A DNA stretch of 64,000 nt from an uncultured bacterium (GTDB taxonomy: Bacteria > Patescibacteriota > Minisyncoccia > Phycocordibacterales > GCA-2401445). Location of the stretch: contig CALFYW010000016.1 of the NCBI GenBank assembly GCA_937952265.1, forward strand, positions 13,086 to 77,085, written 5' to 3'. Positions 37,795 to 46,116 of the stretch are shown here, in pieces. The position numbers and the translations under genes were made by a program. Under the pieces are notes generated by a model that was not told the origin of the DNA, did no database searches, and worked only from the letters and a program-made list of their open reading frames with translations. How positions within the stretch are numbered: the stretch's first letter is position 1; the number at the start of each line of letters is the position of its first letter.

Positions 37795-38478
37795 TTATTT
37801 ACTTTCGTTGCGTAAGTTATTTTCAGCAACTCCAAGGAGATATCCATGAATAAGTTGCTGAATTAAGCTATCTTTTATTCCGTCGACAACTGCCTTAGGT
37901 AGTTCCTTCAATGTTTGGTTTGACTCAAATAGTCCGTCTCCAATTTGGTCGTTAACAGCATTGAGAACAGTTAGTACATCATCGGGTATGGAAATAATTT
38001 TATTTGTATGATTCCTGAAAACACGCTTCCATTCTTCTGCCAAATCTTCATTGTCTTTAATCTCAACTTTTTTAATTGTTACTCCTTTCAAAATCTGTTC
38101 TGCAATAAAAACTTGATAAGCGTTGTGTACAAATGAAGTTAGATAGGATTTCACAGCTTCTATTGTTTTGTACGGCTGTTTATCAAGATCAATTTTATGA
38201 TTTTCTGTTAAGGTGTTTAGCGAATTATGGCTAAATCGCCCAATCATATCCCAAACTGCTTCCGAAGTTAGTTCATTGTATTTTTTTAGTTCATTACCCT
38301 CCGCACGTGCTATTTCTAAAAATTTTTTCCAAAGAATGTTGGCTGATTCTAACTTTGGATCATTTTCTTCTGGATTCTTTTCCGCTGACTCTTGCCCAGA
38401 CTTTTTCAAGCTGTGACCGCAACTGTCACAGAAATTCGCTTGGTCCGATATTTTTGTTCCACAATTTGGGCAAAACAT
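37795..38478 (-). CDS. Zinc-ribbon + unknown helical domain protein
   Basis: MFCPNCG...FCDSCG N-terminus. Confidence 0.85.
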   Translation of the reverse strand: MFCPNCGTKISDQANFCDSCGHSLKKSGQESAEKNPEENDPKLESANILWKKFLEIARAEGNELKKYNELTSEAVWDMIGRFSHNSLNTLTENHKIDLDKQPYKTIEAVKSYLTSFVHNAYQVFIAEQILKGVTIKKVEIKDNEDLAEEWKRVFRNHTNKIISIPDDVLTVLNAVNDQIGDGLFESNQTLKELPKAVVDGIKDSLIQQLIHGYLLGVAENNLRNESK

Positions 38479-38487
38479 ATAATCATT

Positions 38488-39120
38488 TTATGGCATAAAT
38501 GTGCCAATAAGTACTAATAGAAACCAAATGACTCCAATTACTATTAAAACCACCTCACCACCAGAAAAACCTGGAGTCAGCACATCATCGCCCTTTATTT
38601 TCTCATTATTATAATTGATTGCTTTTTGAATCGACATCAATGGAATAAAGGTTGCGACTGCAATAATCAGCCAGAGAAGATTAAAACCAACGTCATACGA
38701 TTCAACCCTACTTAGACCATTTCCTATCACGAGGAGTAAAATGTAAGCAGTTGCCAACCACCCCGGCGAATAAGACTCTTTGTAGTCGTGACTTTTAGCA
38801 GATTCTAATACTTTTTTAAACAAACTATGACAGAAAAAAATAGCAAAGATAGCTCTCCAAAACGGTGATATTTTTTGCCCTTCTGCACTTTTAACTGCTT
38901 GCCAGTTTTTGTAAAACCAATAAATTTCATAAATACCTAAAGTAAGAATCGAAAACAAGGCGAGTCGTTTAGGAGATATAGCAAAATACTCAATATCAGT
39001 TATTACGTTTTCCTCGCTTTTCGAATTAGCAGAAGGCTGATTTTCTGCCAACTTTGCTCCACACTTCTGGCAGAATTTTGAACCTTCATCTATTTTTGAT
39101 CCACAGCTTGTACAAAACAT
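38488..39120 (-). CDS. Zinc-ribbon + membrane domain (DUF4234-like) protein
   Basis: MFCTSCG...FCQKCG, then LSILTLGIY.IYWFYK-type motif and several TMs. Confidence 0.85.
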   Translation of the reverse strand: MFCTSCGSKIDEGSKFCQKCGAKLAENQPSANSKSEENVITDIEYFAISPKRLALFSILTLGIYEIYWFYKNWQAVKSAEGQKISPFWRAIFAIFFCHSLFKKVLESAKSHDYKESYSPGWLATAYILLLVIGNGLSRVESYDVGFNLLWLIIAVATFIPLMSIQKAINYNNEKIKGDDVLTPGFSGGEVVLIVIGVIWFLLVLIGTFMP

Positions 39121-39125
39121 AATAT

Positions 39126-39332
39126 TTAATTTATTAACTCATCAACGGAAATATCCAACGCCTTGGCGACCTTTCGCAAGGTTTCAAGCGTAGGATTTTT
39201 ATTTTCCCCTGATTCCATTTTAATAATCGTATTATTGGCGACATCGGCCAATCTCGCCAATCGCTCTTGTGAAAGGCCTTTTTGCTTTCGCAACTTTTCC
39301 ACATTCTTTGATAAATTTTCGTTCTTTGACAT
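39126..39332 (-). CDS. XRE-family HTH transcriptional regulator
   Basis: LRKQKGLSQERLA...IIKMESG..NPTLETL.KVAKAL; start reassigned to MSKNE. Confidence 0.92.
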   Translation of the reverse strand: MSKNENLSKNVEKLRKQKGLSQERLARLADVANNTIIKMESGENKNPTLETLRKVAKALDISVDELIN

Positions 39333-39347
39333 ATCTTTAGTGTAGTA

Positions 39348-39396
39348 GTAACATTGAAATAGAGTATGCAAATCTTTTCAACTATTTCAATGTTAC
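39348..39396. promoter_or_regulatory. Operator-like perfect 15-bp inverted repeat upstream of the XRE gene
   Basis: GTAACATTGAAATAG (39348-39362), 19 nt spacer, CTATTTCAATGTTAC (39382-39396). Confidence 0.7.
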
Positions 39397-39482
39397 ATCT
39401 AAAATATAAAAAAGTCAAAACTAAAGGGAGTTCCCTGTTGCCCGCGCACGGGAGTGGTGGGGCAAGGGCAACTATAAATCCG

Positions 39483-39723
39483 GTAGCCCCACAAAAAATT
39501 TCCGCCCCGAAGCGAGGGCGTGGCGGAAGGAGGGGGTTGGGGGGAGGAATTCCGCCACGCCCGAGCGAAATCAGAAAGAGGCCGCACCCGCCGCCCTGAT
39601 CGTCAGAGCAGAGCACCACAGAAAAGTTTTGTTTTCCTTTTAGAAGAAAAAATCGGTCGCGCGCAAAAGGAAAATCGTAAACAAAACTTTTCTGTGGTGG
39701 GGCGAGAGTCAGCGAGCGGCGGG
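39483..39723 (-). repeat. Structured end element B (inverted, diverged relative of A)
   Basis: Perfect stems 39516-39528/39550-39562, 39614-39634/39679-39699, 39587-39594/39716-39723; minus strand ends in CGCTTCGGGGCGGAAATTTTTTGTGGGGCTAC. Confidence 0.85.
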
Positions 39724-39832
39724 AATCTTGGCGGTGGATTTCAGAAACCCTTGGCATTTCCTTGCGGAAATGCCTGCCGAAGCGAGGGACGAAGCCCCGA
39801 GCGAGGCAACTAATCAACTTTGGTGGACCTAG
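39713..39832 (+). pseudogene. Fragment RAAGILAVDFRNPWHFLAEMPAEARDEAPSEATNQLWWT*, probable proximal piece of a split recombinase C-terminus
   Basis: Frame runs into the tRNA 3' end via TGG TGG ACC TAG; in phase with the tail at 34939. Confidence 0.5.
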
Positions 39833-39894
39833 CGAGAATCGAACTCGCGCCTCTACAATGCGAATGTAGCGTCGTACCACTAGACTATAGGCCC
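39821..39894 (-). tRNA. tRNA-Ala (CGC)
   Basis: Cloverleaf, G3:U70, anticodon arm CTACA-TTCGCAT-TGTAG, encoded CCA. Confidence 0.95.
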
Positions 39895-39910
39895 TAAAAC
39901 GGTATATCAA

Positions 39911-39981
39911 TCGGGGTGCCGGGAATTGAACCCGGTCTACACGCACCCGAAGCGTGCGTACTACCGGTATACTACACCCCG
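39911..39981 (-). tRNA. tRNA-Pro (CGG)
   Basis: CGGGGTG acceptor stem, anticodon arm CACGC-TTCGGGT-GCGTG, GGTTCAATTCC; no encoded CCA. Confidence 0.95.
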
Positions 39982-40104
39982 CTTAACGTAACTCCTAAAA
40001 ATCCAACTCTACTGTAGCAGAAATTGCGACAAAAGATACTACTCTTTTTTTAATTAAGGCCGCTCGAAGTATTTTGCTACGTTTCAAATAGCGGTCCCAT
40101 TTTG

Positions 40105-40175
40105 TGGACTCACGGGGGATCGCACCCCGGACTCGTCCATGCCATGGACGCGTATTACTACTATACTATGAGCCC
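40105..40175 (-). tRNA. tRNA-Ala (GGC)
   Basis: G3:U70, anticodon arm CGTCC-ATGGCAT-GGACG (A32-U38), atypical T loop; no encoded CCA. Confidence 0.9.
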
Positions 40176-40210
40176 AAGCTCTCACATCATACAAAAAATG
40201 GGGTGAAAAA

Positions 40211-41062
40211 TTAAGCACCTCGCTTGAGGCGCAAATTAGCAAAGGCTCCATGTAAACCACCAATATCCCCAAGGGATGCCTTTTTAATCTGAGGGAGTTT
40301 AGGAAAAATCTTTAATACTTTTTCTAGATTCCGCTCAATTGCGCTAATAGGAATTGCGGGATCCCCCACAATCATAGATCCTCCAAGCACCACCACATCA
40401 GGAGACCAATGCACAATCGTATTATTAAGCCCGTAGGCAAGCCATGCTGCCAGCTCTTCCCACAGCCCATCCCCTTGGGGAATTTCATATGGTTTTTTCC
40501 CAAAACGTTTCTCTACGGCACTTCCAGAAACCATACTTTCAAGATCGCTACCAATACAGTCGGTGCAACTGGATTGATCGAGATCAATGACCTGGTGCCC
40601 AGGTTCAAAACCAAGTACATACTCATCGATTTTTCCATTCACAATCCTTCCTCCGCCCACCCCGGTACTCACGGTAATGTACGCAACGATATTAAAACCT
40701 TTTCCCGCGCCGGCTACGGCTTCGCCGAGACCCACCACTGATCCATCATTCTCAATAAACACCTCACTTTGAAATGCCTCCTCGAGGAGCGTCTTTATCG
40801 GTACGCCAACCCATCCGCTTAAATTAGGAGAGCGCATCAACGTTCGGTCTTTCCCTGACAAAATACCCGCAATATCACCCGAGACTCCGGTAATAGGTTT
40901 TCCTTCGGTGAGCTCTCGAGCAACTTCGCTTATCTGCGTTACTCCTTCTTGGGATGTCTGAGGGGTCGGAAATACCTTCTTTTCTTCAAAAGAAGTGCAG
41001 TCGCCATTACAAACTGCAATCCGTGTCTTTGTTCCTCCAATATCAAAAAGTATGTAGGTCAT
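40211..41062 (-). CDS. ROK family sugar kinase (glucokinase-like)
   Basis: FDIGGTK, SPNL.GW, IEND, TVSTGVGG, EPGH. Confidence 0.9.
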   Translation of the reverse strand: MTYILFDIGGTKTRIAVCNGDCTSFEEKKVFPTPQTSQEGVTQISEVARELTEGKPITGVSGDIAGILSGKDRTLMRSPNLSGWVGVPIKTLLEEAFQSEVFIENDGSVVGLGEAVAGAGKGFNIVAYITVSTGVGGGRIVNGKIDEYVLGFEPGHQVIDLDQSSCTDCIGSDLESMVSGSAVEKRFGKKPYEIPQGDGLWEELAAWLAYGLNNTIVHWSPDVVVLGGSMIVGDPAIPISAIERNLEKVLKIFPKLPQIKKASLGDIGGLHGAFANLRLKRGA

Positions 41063-41073
41063 CGTTGTTTTTA

Positions 41074-42384
41074 TTACGCCCCTAATAACATTCGAGTTTC
41101 GTTTTTGTAGGATTCGACATCTGGCTGATCAAACGGATTCACATTGAATAACTTTCCTAAAAACATCATGGTTATCATCTGATACTGCATAAACTCGCCT
41201 AATGTCCCCGCATCAATTTTCTCAAGACCTACGGTGATAAAAGGAAGCTCTTTTTTTCGATAGGTCTCTACCACCCCGGTAAGTATTGCTCCCATAATAT
41301 GATCAAAAGACTTGCCCGCAATACCCTGAACCGTATTGAAAATAGTGTCCTTCGGGACAGAAGGTGTTACTCCACTTGGCGCATCAGCTACGCGCACAAA
41401 GGTAGTAAATTTATCCTGAGGACCCCCAACATAGAGCTGGCCAACTGAGTGAAGATCGACTGATCCAATGGAGATGATTGGCGTGATACCAGCGTGCACC
41501 ACTTCTCCAGCCTCATTATGTGTTTTCCCGATACTCTCACCGAGAAGTTGTCGGTACCATTTCCCTAATGACTCAAGCCGAGGTGTAAAAAAGAAACTAT
41601 TGTGAATCGTTTTCCCTTTCTTTGTATTTTCAAATAATGCAAGCGCGGTTATCAGTGCATGGTTGCTTTCCCCATCATAAAGCCCGTTTTCAACTGCTCG
41701 CTGCGCACCCGCACGAAACTCATCAACATCAACTCCCGCGCAAAGGAGCGGAAATATGCCAACCGAAGAAAAAACTGAATACCGTCCCCCTACCGGAGCA
41801 GGAATGGGGAGCGTGATAATACTCTTCTCAGTCGCATCCTTCCATAAAGGGCTCCCCTCATCAGTAATCATTACCACTCGTGAAAAAATATCCTCCCCAT
41901 GAGAAGAGAGTTGATCGAGGAGGTGCTCGGTATGCGCGATAGTCTCAACGGTCGTTCCTGATTTGCTCACCACGATAATCAACACTTCATCGCGGTGTTT
42001 GATTTCTTTCAAAAGAGTCTCGTATGCCGAAACATCAACCCCACTTACCGTATCCAGAAAAAACATTTTCGGAAACCGATGAGGATCGAGCTGATCAACC
42101 CCGCCGTATAACGCATCGTAAAGCGCTCGGACTCCTAAATTTGAACCACCAATACCAATAAGAAAAATGTACTTAACGCTATGTATCTTCTTTTCTTCAA
42201 CAATTGAAACACAGGTGTCGAGAAGCGCTTCGTCGTAAGGTAGGTTTATTGAACTCTCAGGAGCTTCGTACCCACCCTTTCCACGAACCGTACGCAATGA
42301 ATCGATATAGGGGCCAAGTAACGGTTTCGCCGCATCCACTGCCGAAGAAGAAATACCGCTCGTTTCTCGATAATGAAATTCCAT
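41074..42384 (-). CDS. pgi: Glucose-6-phosphate isomerase
   Basis: GIGGSNLG, SKSGTTVET, VGGRYSVFS, QL.GESIGK, DLHS, NPFDQPDVE.YK. Confidence 0.95.
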   Translation of the reverse strand: MEFHYRETSGISSSAVDAAKPLLGPYIDSLRTVRGKGGYEAPESSINLPYDEALLDTCVSIVEEKKIHSVKYIFLIGIGGSNLGVRALYDALYGGVDQLDPHRFPKMFFLDTVSGVDVSAYETLLKEIKHRDEVLIIVVSKSGTTVETIAHTEHLLDQLSSHGEDIFSRVVMITDEGSPLWKDATEKSIITLPIPAPVGGRYSVFSSVGIFPLLCAGVDVDEFRAGAQRAVENGLYDGESNHALITALALFENTKKGKTIHNSFFFTPRLESLGKWYRQLLGESIGKTHNEAGEVVHAGITPIISIGSVDLHSVGQLYVGGPQDKFTTFVRVADAPSGVTPSVPKDTIFNTVQGIAGKSFDHIMGAILTGVVETYRKKELPFITVGLEKIDAGTLGEFMQYQMITMMFLGKLFNVNPFDQPDVESYKNETRMLLGA

Positions 42385-42431
42385 AGTATTAGGTAATACA
42401 CCTTAGTATATCACAGGGATAAAGACCGATC

Positions 42432-43160
42432 TCAAACCAAATCACTATCCGTACAGAAAGTTACATGGCGCATCTCGTGGACAATTTGTGCGGGCACCTC
42501 AGGAATAAAATTTGCGCCTGACGCCACTCGGGCAACCATAAGCCGTTTTTCCTTCCCTCGTGCGTAGACAAGCGCATGATCGACCTCTTCTCTTAAAAAA
42601 GAGTTGGTGACCGTAACTCGTGCAGTATGGATACTCTTTTTGGGAGAAACCTCGTAGCCAACCACCCATTGTTCTGGCAATTCAAAGAGCGCGTTAAATT
42701 GTGCGGGGTCTTCGGGAAAAGGAAAAATACCCGCGGTATGCCCATCAACGCCAACACCCATGGTTGCAATAGTAATTCCGTTTGGGTTCTCTTGCTTCCA
42801 TTCGCGAATCAGCCTCTCATGATCTTCAGCAAAAGAATCAAGGGTATGCGCAGAGCGAGGAATACTGGGGATACACGAAACCCCTGCATTCTGTGCTGAA
42901 TTAAAAAAATCACTCTTTGAGAGTAATGAGAAATTATTAACATGCGGATCGCGAGAAAAACGTTCATCAAGTACCGCGATCGTTATACGGGCACTCATCA
43001 CTTCTGGGCTTACTGAGGAGAGCATCTCTCCCGCTGATCCACCAGAGAGCATCAGCAGGATCGGATCTTGTATGTAGACTTCAAGTAAATTTTCAAGAAT
43101 GAGTCCTGCACGCTCGGGCAAACGTTCAAACTCCTGAATCACCACGAGTTCGTGCTCCAT
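42432..43160 (-). CDS. pgl: 6-phosphogluconolactonase-like
   Basis: LSGGS, DER, MGVGVDGHTAGIFP, RVT, G.EK; pathway context. Confidence 0.8.
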   Translation of the reverse strand: MEHELVVIQEFERLPERAGLILENLLEVYIQDPILLMLSGGSAGEMLSSVSPEVMSARITIAVLDERFSRDPHVNNFSLLSKSDFFNSAQNAGVSCIPSIPRSAHTLDSFAEDHERLIREWKQENPNGITIATMGVGVDGHTAGIFPFPEDPAQFNALFELPEQWVVGYEVSPKKSIHTARVTVTNSFLREEVDHALVYARGKEKRLMVARVASGANFIPEVPAQIVHEMRHVTFCTDSDLV

Positions 43161-43161
43161 A

Positions 43162-44058
43162 CTATTTTTCTGTTACGCTATGTCCGCCAAATTGATTCCG
43201 AAGTACTGACACCACTTTCCCCGTATAGTTTGGATCCTCTTTTGAGCGTATTCGAAAATCAAATGAAGCTTGAATGACCGGAGTCTCAACCCCCAACTCT
43301 TTCCCCGTAGCAATGGTCCATTCGCCTTCCCCAGTATGCGCAATACTACCAGAGACCTCTTTGAGTTCAGCACCATATTCCTTAAAGCCCGACAAAAGCC
43401 AACCAACCAGGCGTGAATCAATCACGCTCTGATTATGGTAGACACGAGCAACCTCTTCCACATCAAGATTAAATGAAGATTTCTTTAGTATTGCAAATCC
43501 TTCCGCAAGAGCCTGCATCATGCCATACTCGATTCCATTATGTACCATTTTTACAAAATGTCCGGCACCTACTGATCCCATATGTCCAAACGCATGGGGC
43601 GCCGCAATTGCTTTAAATAGGTCCTTATGTTTCGTAACAATGGCGTGATCGCCCCCAATCATAAGACACGCACCGTTTCGAGCTCCCCCAGGCCCTCCGG
43701 AAACGCCCACGTCAATAAAATGTATCCCCTCTTTCTCGAGTGCTTCTCCGCGACGCATTGAATCCTTAAAAAAAGAATTCCCCCCATCAATCACCGTATC
43801 CCCTTTCTTGAGTAAGACACGAATCTCTTGGAGTAATTCATCAACAGCGTGATGCGGAACCATAAGCCAAACAGTTCGAGGTGCTGGGAGGAGAGAAATG
43901 AGATGTGAGAGAGAGTCCGCAGTTTCAACTCCAATCCGACGTGCTTCTTCTAAAGAGGGTGTGCTTCGATTGTATGCGATTACCTCGTGCTGATGCTCGT
44001 GCAAACGCGCAATCATATTGAGCCCCATTTTTCCTAATCCAATATATCCAAGTTTCAT
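43162..44058 (-). CDS. gnd: 6-phosphogluconate dehydrogenase (decarboxylating, short form)
   Basis: GLGKMG, IDGGNS, GVSGG, GAGHFVKMVHNGIEYG, RNQFGGH; start reassigned. Confidence 0.95.
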   Translation of the reverse strand: MKLGYIGLGKMGLNMIARLHEHQHEVIAYNRSTPSLEEARRIGVETADSLSHLISLLPAPRTVWLMVPHHAVDELLQEIRVLLKKGDTVIDGGNSFFKDSMRRGEALEKEGIHFIDVGVSGGPGGARNGACLMIGGDHAIVTKHKDLFKAIAAPHAFGHMGSVGAGHFVKMVHNGIEYGMMQALAEGFAILKKSSFNLDVEEVARVYHNQSVIDSRLVGWLLSGFKEYGAELKEVSGSIAHTGEGEWTIATGKELGVETPVIQASFDFRIRSKEDPNYTGKVVSVLRNQFGGHSVTEK

Positions 44059-44303
44059 TTTATTAAGTATACCCCACTGCTGATAATCATTAAAATCATA
44101 GTGAGATTGACAATGTGATAAGAAACCGATACACTTTCCATCGAAAGAGTACAAGGAGGGTGTACATGAGTGAGTCCCCAATAACTCCGATCTCTTCCAG
44201 CTTGGTGTGGAGAGATACGGAGAGAGAAACCACGTTAAGGATCATTCATCTACAGCGATCAAAAAGCAACGCATTTCCTCTGTTGCGCCCTTCAAGCCGA
44301 GAC

Positions 44304-45752
44304 CTAAAATAGGTCTCGGCTTTTTTCATTGATTTCTTCTCCAATCGTCTGAGGGTCCGCCCCTCGTGCATACCGATACAGCGGAGTTTTTTTCCAACGC
44401 TTAAGAATAGGAGTGATAAATTTCCATGACGCTATGACTTCTTCAGTGCTCGCAAATAATGTTTGGTCTCCACGAATACAATCAAAAAGGACCCGTTCAT
44501 ACGCATCCGGAATTCGCTCATCATTATCTGACTCTGCATAAAAGAAAGAAAGTGGTTTTTCTTGAAGCAAATTATCGAACCCTGGTTTTTTTGCCCAAAA
44601 CGAAACCTTAATCCCGGGCTTCGGTTGAATCATAAAGGTTAAGGTGTTACGACATTCACGCTCTTCTTGAGAGAAAAAATGAAGTTTTGGCAATGCCTTA
44701 AAATGGATCGTGATAGAAACGGAAGATTCATTCAGCGCTTTTCCGCTTTCGAGAAAAAACGGAACCCCGCGCCACCGTGAATTTCTCACTCCAAGAGCCA
44801 ATCGAAAATACGTCTCGGTCTCTGAACCGGAAAGCACATTCGCTTCATCCCGATATCCTTCATACTGCGCTCGCCTATGATACTTACGAAATTTTTTAGA
44901 TAAGGACAGTCGCTCCAATACACGAGCTCGCTCAGAACGAATATCAGAAGCAGTCAGTGTGCGAGGATTTTCCATCGCAATAAGCGAGAGCATTTGTAAG
45001 AGATGGTTCTGCCCCACGTCACGAAGGGCACCGATTGGATCATAAAATGCTCCGCGCTTCGAAAGATCATGTTTCTCTAAAAACTGAATGTGTACTTCGC
45101 CGATATACCGGTGATTCCATAATGGTTCAAAAATGGTATTTGAAAATCGAAAGGATAAAATATTCTGCACGGTCTCTTTGGCTAAATAGTGGTCAATTCG
45201 AAAAATTTGTTCTTCACGAAATAATTTTCCTAACATTCGGTCGAGCTTAACCGCCGTATCAACATCATTGCCAAATGGCTTTTCTACTAAAATCCGCGTC
45301 CAGCCAGCTTCTTCGCTACACGGAACAGTTAATTTTGAATGCGCGAGATTCTTAAAAATCACTTCATAATGAGCAGGCGGTACGGCAAGATAGAAAAGTT
45401 TGTTTGAGCATTGTCCAAACTCCTTATCGATGTGTTGTAGCATCTCCGCAAGATGGACATAATGCGCTTCATCGTCAAACAAACCTTGGTGATAAAAGAT
45501 GGTATTGAGAAATTCTTGCACCATGCGTTGGTTATGGTGATGCGCTTTCTCAGTAATTGCCTGATTAAGAAATGATCGAAAATCCTCGTGCGAGAATTCA
45601 CGTCTCGAGAAACCAACAATACGGAAGCGTAGCGGCAGTTTCCCTCGAACATAAAGATCAAGCAGTGCGGGAATAAGTTTTTTTTGCGCAAGATCTCCCG
45701 TAATACCCAAAATAACAAAAATGGTTGGAGGATAGGACGCGTCGCGATGCAT
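44304..45752 (-). CDS. zwf: Glucose-6-phosphate 1-dehydrogenase
   Basis: GITGDLA, EKPFG, RIDHYLAKE, DVGQNH, YER. Confidence 0.97.
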   Translation of the reverse strand: MHRDASYPPTIFVILGITGDLAQKKLIPALLDLYVRGKLPLRFRIVGFSRREFSHEDFRSFLNQAITEKAHHHNQRMVQEFLNTIFYHQGLFDDEAHYVHLAEMLQHIDKEFGQCSNKLFYLAVPPAHYEVIFKNLAHSKLTVPCSEEAGWTRILVEKPFGNDVDTAVKLDRMLGKLFREEQIFRIDHYLAKETVQNILSFRFSNTIFEPLWNHRYIGEVHIQFLEKHDLSKRGAFYDPIGALRDVGQNHLLQMLSLIAMENPRTLTASDIRSERARVLERLSLSKKFRKYHRRAQYEGYRDEANVLSGSETETYFRLALGVRNSRWRGVPFFLESGKALNESSVSITIHFKALPKLHFFSQEERECRNTLTFMIQPKPGIKVSFWAKKPGFDNLLQEKPLSFFYAESDNDERIPDAYERVLFDCIRGDQTLFASTEEVIASWKFITPILKRWKKTPLYRYARGADPQTIGEEINEKSRDLF

Positions 45753-45829
45753 AGGGCTAGTATAACAAAAAAACATACTTCCTTGTGAATTACAAATTTT
45801 TCACTATAATGATGGAAGTTTTGCAATGT

Positions 45830-45977
45830 ATGAAATATAGTGTCTATGTATTAAGAGATCAGAATGGTTTATACAGAAGAGTATGGTAATTTTGAAGAAG
45901 CGCGCAAAAGAGAGCTATATTTAAAATCTTCAGCAGGTCGCCGATTTTTGAAAAAACATATTGGGCCCGTAGCTTAG
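45830..45977 (+). pseudogene. GIY-YIG small endonuclease remnant with internal deletion and frameshift
   Basis: MKYSVYVLRDQNG in one frame, then VYTEEY..FEEARKRELYLKSSAGRRFLK in another; stop lies inside the tRNA. Confidence 0.75.
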
Positions 45978-46038
45978 TTGGTAGAGCGCTGCATTTGCAA
46001 TGCAGAGGTCAGGGGTTCGACTCCCCTCGGGTCCACCA
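45963..46038 (+). tRNA. tRNA-Ala (TGC)
   Basis: Canonical cloverleaf, CTGCA-TTTGCAA-TGCAG, G3:U70, CCA. Confidence 0.97.
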
Positions 46039-46116
46039 AAGTTGATTAGTTTGATAAATGAGTCAAAATTTTTTTCAATAGATATACCAAAACAATATAA
46101 GGTATAATCAACCTCA

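Larger units (their letters stand above)
34938..39826. mobile_element. Non-autonomous island integrated at the 3' end of tRNA-Ala(CGC)
   Basis: TTGGTGG direct repeat at 34938-34944 and 39820-39826 (the second overlaps the tRNA CCA end); related structured ends in inverted orientation; co-oriented accessory cargo; no intact integrase inside. Confidence 0.75.

Noticed and set aside
34996-39723. Composite transposon or classical integron interpretation of the island
   Set aside because: No transposase or IntI gene; the ends are diverged in sequence, and there are no repeat sites between cargo genes
39134-39946. 270-aa minus-strand ORF and other ORFs overlapping 34868-35297 and 39366-39813
   Set aside because: They run through tRNA genes and the GC-rich structured elements; stop-poor by composition, with no protein motifs
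44080-44300. Possible small ORF in the gnd-zwf gap
   Set aside because: Only short ORFs with no motif or clear initiation signal; cannot be supported
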